DNA of 64,000 nucleotides from Thermoplasmata archaeon (GTDB lineage: Archaea; Thermoplasmatota; Thermoplasmata; Thermoplasmatales; GCA-001856825). The stretch spans positions 256,001-320,000 of the forward strand of contig JAJYUZ010000001.1 in assembly GCA_021792255.1 (NCBI GenBank), written 5' to 3'. Below the pieces are notes generated by a model, which had not been told where the DNA came from, did not search any database, and saw only the letters and a program-made list of their open reading frames with translations. The translations under genes were made by a program, and so were the position numbers. Positions 56,350-64,000 of the stretch are shown piece after piece; the stretch's first letter is position 1; each line of letters begins with the position of its first letter.

Positions 56350-57120
56350 TCAGCTGGTCGCATTAGCCTGTTGTGTCTGTTCCACCTTCTTCTCTTCTTC
56401 CTTCTTTTCTTCAGCTCTCTTTTCGAAAATTTCTTTGAAAATGACGGTTTTATTGGCAACGTACTCTCTTATCGCACCGACTATTGCAAATTTCGCTAGT
56501 GGCCACGAATCGTCTATCTTGGCTGAATCTGGAATTGTTATCGTTATCTGATCTCCCGTCTCGATGTTGAATTTGTCGTTGTCTTTCGTAAAATTGATTT
56601 CGATTATCGCTGCTATCTTTTTCTCTTCCCCATCAATTTTCTCCAGGACCTTATAACTGTACTTTATCGTTTTACCAGCGAGTGGATGATTAAAATCTAC
56701 TACTACCCTTCCAGCCGTTACGGTAAGTATCTTTCCATATTTGTCCCCGATTCTTACCATCTTTCCTGGTTCGGCAAAAACGTCTTTTCCGCTCCTTCCT
56801 GCTCTTTTCTCTTCTTCGATAAGAGACCTTTCCACCTCTCGGTAAGAGCTGACTCGGACGTTGTTTGTATCTCTTACGCCGAATGCCTTTTCCGGGGAGA
56901 GCGATATCTCTTTTTCCTCTCCGACGTTCGCCTTTTCAATATCATCTTCTAGGTCTTTCAACAGTCTGCCAGATCCTAATATTGTAACGATTGGTTTATA
57001 GGAGGAGTGTTCGTCATAGATTCCATTATCTTTTGCTTTCTTTTCATCCGTGGTTTCAACTAACTTGCTATCATCAGTGTAGGTATCGAATTGCAATTTT
57101 ATGATGTCCCCTTTTTCCAT
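56350..57120 (-). CDS. long-type archaeal FKBP peptidyl-prolyl isomerase
   Basis: PEKAFG.R, VDFNHPLAGK, C-terminal archaeal extension. Confidence 0.92.
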   Translation of the reverse strand: MEKGDIIKLQFDTYTDDSKLVETTDEKKAKDNGIYDEHSSYKPIVTILGSGRLLKDLEDDIEKANVGEEKEISLSPEKAFGVRDTNNVRVSSYREVERSLIEEEKRAGRSGKDVFAEPGKMVRIGDKYGKILTVTAGRVVVDFNHPLAGKTIKYSYKVLEKIDGEEKKIAAIIEINFTKDNDKFNIETGDQITITIPDSAKIDDSWPLAKFAIVGAIREYVANKTVIFKEIFEKRAEEKKEEEKKVEQTQQANATS

Positions 57121-57370
57121 TTATCCCACTCTTTCATCCATAACAATCAAAACTATAAAAAGGCTAGGAACGTCTACAAACTCAAATTCTTCCACGACTT
57201 TCCTCTTTTGAGGTAACTTTTGCAGCAAATTCAATTCATTTAGTACCAGTAGAATAAATGGAGTGATTAGGAGGGCATAATAAGCACCGGATTTAGTTAA
57301 CCTCTTGACAATAGGAAGAAAACTTCTGGAGTGGCCTATTTTTATTTACTACCTCGCAATTACTCTCATT

Positions 57371-57443
57371 AGCCCCGTGGTGTAGTGGCCAAGCATAGCG
57401 GGCTCTGGACCCGTTGACAGCAGTTCGAATCTGCTCGGGGCTA
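57371..57443 (+). tRNA. tRNA-Gln (anticodon CTG)
   Basis: Acceptor AGCCCCG/CGGGGCT, anticodon arm GCGGG-CT-CTG-GA-CCCGT, T loop GTTCGAATC; no encoded CCA. Confidence 0.95.
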
Positions 57444-57558
57444 CTTGTTCAGCCGAAATGGATTGTTTCTGATATCTTCGGACCTTTTTAGAAACAGTTT
57501 AGATTGAGATTTTTGAATTCCTTCTCATTTTGTCCGAGAGCTTGAGAAACACCACAAA

Positions 57559-58700
57559 TCATGTTGGATATAAGATGTCCCATGAATTGTTCCAAGTCTC
57601 CTGAGAATAACCGTAAACGTTCGTATCGTAAGTTCCGAGTTGCATAACGTAAGAAGAATCAACGTTATTATTCTCATAAGGATCTTCAACCATATCATAG
57701 ACATTGTACCAGGTAAGATTGTGAAGAGTAGTAAGATATACAGTTTGATAAGAGCCGCCAGGACCTGCACTGTATATAGTTCCTCCCTCAAAACTTATGG
57801 AGGTATTAAATTCGGGAATTTGTTGTGTGAGAATAAGACTATCATCACTGTAAACAAAATTTCCAGCTTGAACTATTGTTGCGGTATAATAACCATGCTT
57901 GAAGAGATATTGCCATAATAGGCGTGACAATTGTTGTAGTCATATATTGTGGTATACCACGTTCCGCTTATCTTCTGTATGTTCAAGGAAAGTATGTTTC
58001 CGAACTGTATTGGGTAAGTTTGCTGCCCTTGATAAAAGTCCATTGCACTGGGATAGTGCTCATTCCATAAGAAAAGATGGTGAGGAAAAACTGTACTATT
58101 ATTGTCTGTCCATCCATATCCTGCTTGAATCATTTGATCTCCTCCTGCAGATTGGTCTTCAAGTCCGATTCAGGTTATTCCAAATCGATAGTAATTTTGA
58201 TAAACACCATCAGAATCATAGACATGATTTATCCTTTGGTTTGAAGGAGGTTCCGTAAAGTGAACCACGTTAACGTTGGCTGAGGCCGCACTTATTGAAT
58301 CCGCTATTCCAGTGTAAACATCATAGTATTCATAGTCTGCAGCTGTTTCAGAGTCTCCACCATACGTACTCAGTTTTTTGACTTGTTCTGAGCTGTGGCT
58401 AGAGCTAGCATCGTATAGAGGGCCACTATAATATATGGGGTACTCAGTAAGTTCAGGCCCCACTACTTGGTTAGAAGTAGTATTCAGCGCCCATGTATAA
58501 GTCGATAGGGTTGTAGCGGTAGCTGAACTAAGCGAAAAATAAGCAAGAATAGAAATGGCTCCCACAAACTGGGCCCCCAAATCTACTTGTAATGTCGAAT
58601 TTCCGAAGAGAGATTCAATATCAGCAACCGAAGTCGAATTAACAAGAGATTTATATTCTCCTACCATTTGAGATAAAACATCAGTTTCATTTTCCGAATG
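57559..58700 (-). pseudogene. decayed secreted protein resembling family G1 (eqolisin-like) glutamic peptidase
   Basis: Fragments 58170-58667 and 57873-58133 share a frame and join across TGA (GIT*IGL...MIQAG, like G1 WVG...IQAG); frameshift near 57900 into fragment 57559-57930. Confidence 0.6.
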
Positions 58701-58961
58701 CTATTGTGAATGCTGTGCGAAACTGCGGTACAGTGAAGCTGAGTGAGGACCGGTGATGGTCTTTGTCTGTAACTGAGCTAGAACACAAATAAACTATTTG
58801 TGAATCGGTAATAAGTCAAATTGTGTTATCAACCCAAAATCAACAACTATGCCTGTACATCCAATAGTTAACAGAACTTAACGTTGATCAAGATCCAACA
58901 TTGAAATTGGTCTAAAAATCGAAGTTTTTGCTGGTTCTGAATTCTGTAGCATCATTTACGA

Positions 58962-60302
58962 TCAACTACCCTTGAGTATGCGTTTGGCCTCCGCAGTTAA
59001 TTTTCGGGGTATGTCCTCCCTTATTGCTTTAATCGAGCCAAGAGTTTTCTCAATTTCTTCCAGCTTTACATCTTCTAGAGCAATATAACTGTCCGGAGGA
59101 TATTCTCCAATTTGTTCTCCCCGTCGCAATTTGGTCCCGACAGTTCTGTAAGCGTCTTTCCATTTTAAGCCGCTTACGAAAAGGGAATAAGCCTCCATTG
59201 TAGAGTTCGTTGAATTCTCGATTGCCTGATGCGCCTTTATCTCATCAATCTTGATGCCAGCAAAGAACTCTTTCATTGCCTCAAGTATTTTAGCCACCGT
59301 CAGAGTCATTTCTATGGTCTCGTCTTTGGAAAGCTGAAATTCCCTGTGATACCCTGTACCTTTGTTCATATTTATTGAGATTGCCGTGACAAGTTTACCC
59401 AAGGCGTCGGATGCAAATCCCTGAATCATTTCCAAAAAATCTGGATTTTTCTTATTCGGCATCAGCGAACTTCCGGTAGTGAAACCCTTCGGAAACTCAA
59501 CGAATCCATTTTCACCGGAACTGAATCCGATCAAATCCTGGGCGAACCGTGAAAGAGCAGAAAGAATGCGTGCCACAATAAATGCTACTTCAGTGTCGTC
59601 AGCGGATCTATAAAATGAGCCATGTACAGGATTATCATATGCCTTTTCGAATCCGAGTTTCCTGGCTATTTTATCCAGATCAACGTGTAGGGGAGAGCCA
59701 TAGCCGGAACCGTATCCCAAAGGGGAGTGTTCCTTAAATTTGAGATAGAGTGTCAACGAGTCCTGAGAGAAATCAACAAGAACCAGACCGACATAGTCAA
59801 AATATGTCGCGAAAGCAACCGGCATGGCCTGCCTATAATGAGTATGTCCTGCCATGTATCCATTAGTTCCTGCGAGATTTTCTCTGATAACTCTGACATT
59901 TTCTAAAAGGAGGCTGGCAATTTCCAACAGCTTATCGAGATAGAAGGATCTGATATCGAAATGGCTCTGGTCGTTCCTGGAGAGGAATATCCTCAGGTTT
60001 TTTCCTGCTTCAGTCCTTTCATTAGCCAAGGTATCCACAAACGAATGAATATCTTCGAACTCTTCCTTCAATGCAGGTTTCTCCTTCAGCAGATCAAGAA
60101 GGGTCTGGATTATTTCTTTAGAGTCCTCTTTCGGGATGACGTGTTTTTTGAACAGCTCGATGTGATACGCAAGAAGTCCGTACAGTTCATAGTTCAGCAT
60201 AAAAGAGTCTATCTTGTTATCCTCTGCAGTCATCAAGGCTGACAGATCAGGCCCTCCAGAGTCCGAGGCACCTCCAGACCAGATTCGGTTTCCCGATTTC
60301 AT
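58962..60302 (-). CDS. argH: argininosuccinate lyase
   Basis: EDIH, SRNDQ, GHTHYRQA, SPLG, GSSLMPNKKNPD; coupled to argG. Confidence 0.93.
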   Translation of the reverse strand: MKSGNRIWSGGASDSGGPDLSALMTAEDNKIDSFMLNYELYGLLAYHIELFKKHVIPKEDSKEIIQTLLDLLKEKPALKEEFEDIHSFVDTLANERTEAGKNLRIFLSRNDQSHFDIRSFYLDKLLEIASLLLENVRVIRENLAGTNGYMAGHTHYRQAMPVAFATYFDYVGLVLVDFSQDSLTLYLKFKEHSPLGYGSGYGSPLHVDLDKIARKLGFEKAYDNPVHGSFYRSADDTEVAFIVARILSALSRFAQDLIGFSSGENGFVEFPKGFTTGSSLMPNKKNPDFLEMIQGFASDALGKLVTAISINMNKGTGYHREFQLSKDETIEMTLTVAKILEAMKEFFAGIKIDEIKAHQAIENSTNSTMEAYSLFVSGLKWKDAYRTVGTKLRRGEQIGEYPPDSYIALEDVKLEEIEKTLGSIKAIREDIPRKLTAEAKRILKGS

Positions 60303-61522
60303 GCCTTCAATTCAACCTCAACACCGATTCCATTTCTTGCTTTCCTTGTCAGGATGGTTTCGTTGCCATATACGTAAATAAATCCTGGGGATTTGCTTTG
60401 ATCGAACGTCTGTCCTTTGCCATAGCTAGAAAACTCGATATTGTAAATTGAATTCTTGCTCTCTATACCAATCGGAATAATATTCCCCTTATACAGCTTG
60501 AGACTGACACTACCGTTGTAAGCGTGGTTTATACTCTTCTCAATATTGTTTATGTGGTCCATTACGGGATCAAACCATAGTCCCGAGTAGACAAAATCTG
60601 AGAAGTGGTTATCAATGGTTTTCTTTAGATCGAGTTCCTTCTTGTTAAGAACGGCATTTCCAAGATATTTGTGCGCCGTGATGAGAGTCACTGCTGCTGG
60701 GCACTCATAAAATTCGTGACTCTTTATCCCTACAACCCTGTCCTCTATGAGCTGAATACCTCCAACGCCATTGTCCCCTGAAAGTTTGTCTAACTCAATA
60801 ATCAAACTTTTCAGATCCATCTTCTTATTGTTCAGTGCAACGGGTATTCCATACTCAAAGTCAATCGACACTATGTCTGGATCGTCCTTTGCTTTTTCTG
60901 CAGGCTTCACCCACTGGTAAGCATCATCGGGAATACCCTGAGCAATGTCTTCAATAGAAGACCCTTCCACAGACCTCCCCCAGAGATTTTCATCCACCGA
61001 ATATTTCCCTCCATAGGGGATTTCGATACCATTCTTTATTGCATATTCGATTTCGTCATCCCGGTTCATGTTCATGTCTCTTACTGGTGCTATTACCTTG
61101 AGAGAATCATCGAGCGCCCTTATGGATACCTCGAAACGGACCTGATCGTTCCCTTTACCAGTGCTTCCATGTACAATTGTATCACAGTCAAGATCGTGGG
61201 CTATTTCTACTGCCTCCTTCGCCATCAATGGCCTGGCAAGACTAGTAGAGAGAGGATAAACCCCCTCATAAAGTGCGTCACTCATTATTCCCTTCGCTAC
61301 ATATTGGTTTGCAAATGTCTCAGTTACATCGCGAGTAATTGTCTCTCTCGCTCCAAGCCGCTTGGCTTTCTTTGCTATTTCTATAAGATTATTTTTCTCC
61401 TGACCGACATCAAGTGTCAAGGTTGAAACTTCGTATCCAAGTTTCTCTTGCAACCATTTTATCATGACCGAAGTGTCAAGCCCTCCGGAATATAACAGCA
61501 GTGCTTTTCCTTGCATGTTCAT
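60299..61522 (-). CDS. argG: argininosuccinate synthase
   Basis: YSGGLDTS, ARPL, HGSTGKGNDQVRF, YSVDENLWG.S.E, EDRVVGIKS.E.YE.PA. Confidence 0.97.
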   Translation of the reverse strand: MNMQGKALLLYSGGLDTSVMIKWLQEKLGYEVSTLTLDVGQEKNNLIEIAKKAKRLGARETITRDVTETFANQYVAKGIMSDALYEGVYPLSTSLARPLMAKEAVEIAHDLDCDTIVHGSTGKGNDQVRFEVSIRALDDSLKVIAPVRDMNMNRDDEIEYAIKNGIEIPYGGKYSVDENLWGRSVEGSSIEDIAQGIPDDAYQWVKPAEKAKDDPDIVSIDFEYGIPVALNNKKMDLKSLIIELDKLSGDNGVGGIQLIEDRVVGIKSHEFYECPAAVTLITAHKYLGNAVLNKKELDLKKTIDNHFSDFVYSGLWFDPVMDHINNIEKSINHAYNGSVSLKLYKGNIIPIGIESKNSIYNIEFSSYGKGQTFDQSKSPGFIYVYGNETILTRKARNGIGVEVELKA

Positions 61523-61543
61523 CTTGAATTAATAATGCGATAT

Positions 61544-61569
61544 AAATCTCGTTATCAAGAACGATATTT
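61544..61569. promoter_or_regulatory. candidate operator between argG and the divergent regulator
   Basis: AAATCTCGTT-N6-AACGATATTT (9/10 inverted match) overlapping the argG TATA/BRE. Confidence 0.45.
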
Positions 61570-61624
61570 CTGACATTAAATTTCACAATTATCATAAGGA
61601 AATGTTAATTTATACAATCAACAT

Positions 61625-62230
61625 ATGTACGAGATGAATAGAAATATGGGGAAAAATCTGAGCGTAGAAGACGTCGTTCTCATTTACCTGAAGGAGAACC
61701 CCGAAATTTCTGTTGCGCTGGACCAGGGGATAATTAATGTCAGTCGGCTAGCCAAAACAATTACCAAGTCGAGGACAGGACTTAACCCGATTTCTGTTAG
61801 GGCAGCCTTGAACAGGGCAAAGGAAAGGGGAATAGGTCCGGGACAAAAGGAAAAAGCAGACAACTTACTGAGGCGCAGCAAGATATCACTTCAGGATAAG
61901 ATAAGCGTCCTGAAATCTTCTGGGCCGTTGCAATTAAAATACATTTCAGCAACATTCCTCGAGAACAGCGTGGTATACATCATTGATGAAATGATACAGA
62001 AACTTCCCCCTTCTTCCGATGGGGTTTTGGTAGATAGTCACGTGAGTATGGTTCACATACTTTCGCCCAAAGAGATTGAAGTGACGCCTGGATTCGTCAT
62101 GCGTATTACTCATAAGTTGTTTGCGCGTGGTATCAATATCCTTCAGCTTATTTCCTGCTATAATGAAACCATACTCATAATAGAAAAGGAGAAGGGGATT
62201 TCTGCGTATGAAATTCTGAGTACTGCGTGA
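61625..62230 (+). CDS. putative transcriptional regulator with N-terminal helical/HTH region and C-terminal ACT-like domain
   Basis: LDQGIINVSRLAK...ISVRAALNR; TPGF...L...GINI.QLISCYNETILII ACT-like motif; divergent from argGH. Confidence 0.7.
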   Translation: MYEMNRNMGKNLSVEDVVLIYLKENPEISVALDQGIINVSRLAKTITKSRTGLNPISVRAALNRAKERGIGPGQKEKADNLLRRSKISLQDKISVLKSSGPLQLKYISATFLENSVVYIIDEMIQKLPPSSDGVLVDSHVSMVHILSPKEIEVTPGFVMRITHKLFARGINILQLISCYNETILIIEKEKGISAYEILSTA

Positions 62231-62498
62231 CTGTTCAATTGGTAAAGTTCAGAGCTAGATATCGAGGATTATGCATTGAAACATCAAAATTGAAATATTT
62301 ACCGATTTACGAGAATATTTAGGTTCACCAGTACAACTCTTCCTGCATTCCAGACTTCCTTCCCGTCCAAAATGAAGCAACAGCAAATTGTCGAAAATCT
62401 AAAACTAATATTCCAACCGGCGATTTACACACTGAATGAGGTGTCGTTTTTAGAAAAACGGAGGCAACAATTTTTAACTCTAGAACTCATCGCTAAAG

Positions 62499-63080
62499 GT
62501 GTCGCCTCGACTTATCATTCTACAAGGTGGCGAAGATGTCAAGAGGAGAACGAATAGCGCAATGTTCGAGAAGATCGTTCGAATCTCAGAGAACGGGACG
62601 ATACTCGTAGTACCCTGGACATCCAATTCAATGACCAAGGAAACTGAATATAGGGCCTTGTTAGGGAAATATTTTATTGACGTTGGATTCGAAGACGTTG
62701 TTTTCCTAGAAAGAAATGATTCGGAATCGGAAATTTCATCCAAATTCGCGAGAGCAGGGGCATTGTATCTCCCGGGAGGAGATCCCGTGATTCTAAAAGA
62801 GGAGATGCAATTGAAGGGCATTCATGAAAAGATACGTGATTATTCTGGAATAGTCATTGGAAATTCGGCTGGAGCAATTGTGCTATCGAATGGAGCATAT
62901 GTTGCTGGGAAGTTCTTGAAAGGGTTCGGTTTCGTGGAAAAGACGATTAAAGTACATTTCGAATTAGAGAGACAAGATCGTGTACCGAATGTTGAGGGTC
63001 CAGTGGTAGGAATCCCTGAGAATATGTGGATATCGATTTCAACGAGCCTCCAAACAGAGGTAGGAGAAAGAAAGGCGTAG
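62499..63080 (+). CDS. peptidase S51 family (dipeptidase E / cyanophycinase-like)
   Basis: LYLPGGDP, GNSAGA nucleophile elbow, VHF His, GIPE. Confidence 0.8.
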   Translation: MSPRLIILQGGEDVKRRTNSAMFEKIVRISENGTILVVPWTSNSMTKETEYRALLGKYFIDVGFEDVVFLERNDSESEISSKFARAGALYLPGGDPVILKEEMQLKGIHEKIRDYSGIVIGNSAGAIVLSNGAYVAGKFLKGFGFVEKTIKVHFELERQDRVPNVEGPVVGIPENMWISISTSLQTEVGERKA

Positions 63081-63316
63081 AGAGATTCTTAGAGAGACAA
63101 CCACTGATGTCGTCTTATAGAATAGAGAATGCAACTCCCGGCGCGAGGATTTGGATTCACAAGAAGTTTGATGTGTGAAAAAGCCTCAGTAGGAATGGTT
63201 CGATCTAATATGCTTCTAAGAATTCGAGTCTCTTTCTTGCATATCAATGAAACTCCTGGTACTATTAACTATCCTAAAGGAACGATTTTTATACCGTGAT
63301 TTGCTTTATACTTATT

Positions 63317-63751
63317 ATGCTCGATAGCGATGCATCCACTGCGAAGACACTTACATTAGTCGCCATAATATTACAAACCATCTTCTTTGCAATAGGAGCA
63401 TTTGCCACATTGATCTTATCATTATTTTTCGCTGCGTCAAGAACAATTACATATAATGGAACCGTCACTAGGACTGTCGTCAGCACGGGCGGCGTTACAA
63501 TTGTGGGATTGATTTTCTCAATATTTTTCGTAATAGCAATAGTATGGATCCTCCTCGATTATTTCTTGATCTATAAGAAACTCGCAGACGGAAAAGTGCA
63601 AGAGGCAGAAACACCGTCACTGGTGCTGGGCTTGATTCAGTTAATACTAGGGGGAGTCATTACCGGGATTTTGCTGATACTTGCTTATGTGAAGATCAGA
63701 GATTCCTTACAGAAGAACCCGCCCCAGACAATCAATATGCCCCAGCAATGA
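63317..63751 (+). CDS. hypothetical membrane protein
   Basis: 3-4 TM segments, GGVITGILLILAY; Pro/Gln tail; ATG 63317 preferred. Confidence 0.7.
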   Translation: MLDSDASTAKTLTLVAIILQTIFFAIGAFATLILSLFFAASRTITYNGTVTRTVVSTGGVTIVGLIFSIFFVIAIVWILLDYFLIYKKLADGKVQEAETPSLVLGLIQLILGGVITGILLILAYVKIRDSLQKNPPQTINMPQQ

Positions 63752-63842
63752 TGCCGGAAACTGATACAATGCAAACGCGAATTTCTTTTTAGCGCAAGCG
63801 ATGATAGTTACTCCATATTAGAAACAATAGAAATTAACTGAA

Positions 63843-63998
63843 TTATTTTACTTCATTCTCGTACATTTCAGAGATAAGATCTGAGATGGCGGGAGATGCC
63901 GTCAAGCCTGGCGATTCTATTCCAATAAGATTTATGAGTCCTGGCAGTCCATTCCCTTCCTCATTCATTATCACGAAATCCTTGAATGAATCGTTCGG
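63843..63998 (-). CDS. C-terminus of FAD-dependent oxidoreductase (L-2-hydroxyglutarate oxidase / GlpA-like), partial
   Basis: Minus-strand translation PNDSFKDFVI...GLINLIGIESPGLTASPAI...K*; not in the ORF track. Confidence 0.8.
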   Translation of the reverse strand, partial: PNDSFKDFVIMNEEGNGLPGLINLIGIESPGLTASPAISDLISEMYENEVK

Positions 63999-64000
63999 TC

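Noticed and set aside
57420-64000. Integrated element with attL/attR at tRNA-Gln
   Set aside because: I found no duplicate of the tRNA 3' end and no integrase in the window; the tRNA-like fragment near 63135-63160 is too weak

Overview
Archaeal chromosomal segment, most likely Thermoplasmata (Thermoplasmatales-like). Supporting evidence: aIF2-beta with a C-terminal TRAM domain, the ftsZ-secE-spt5-rpl11-rpl1-rpl10-rpl12 order, thermopsin-type surface repeats, GGTGA Shine-Dalgarno sites and many apparently leaderless genes. Housekeeping blocks lie at 1-8.6 kb and 48.8-57.4 kb (rps2, eno, ppdK, aRF1, FKBP, tRNA-Gln). There is also a glycosylation/MFS block, a TRASH/YHS copper-resistance operon, bacterial-type ribA and argGH with a divergent ACT-domain regulator. 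The centre (about 21.5-46.2 kb) is a cell-surface locus: a head-to-head pair of uncharacterised paralogs, a KaiC/RAD55-like ATPase fused to a nuclease-like N-terminal domain, and three membrane-anchored Ig-like repeat proteins. One is a ~4,590-aa giant with about 47 beta-sandwich modules, recently homogenised mosaic DNA repeats and an A9 tract in its one large low-complexity insertion; two of the three share a cytoplasmic tail motif. Features missed by the ORF track include a 48-aa small protein, a vapBC pair with a nonsense codon in each gene, a decayed G1-like glutamic peptidase beside the tRNA, a probable L1-binding mRNA operator and several candidate operators. All calls come from reading motifs by eye; no database search was run.
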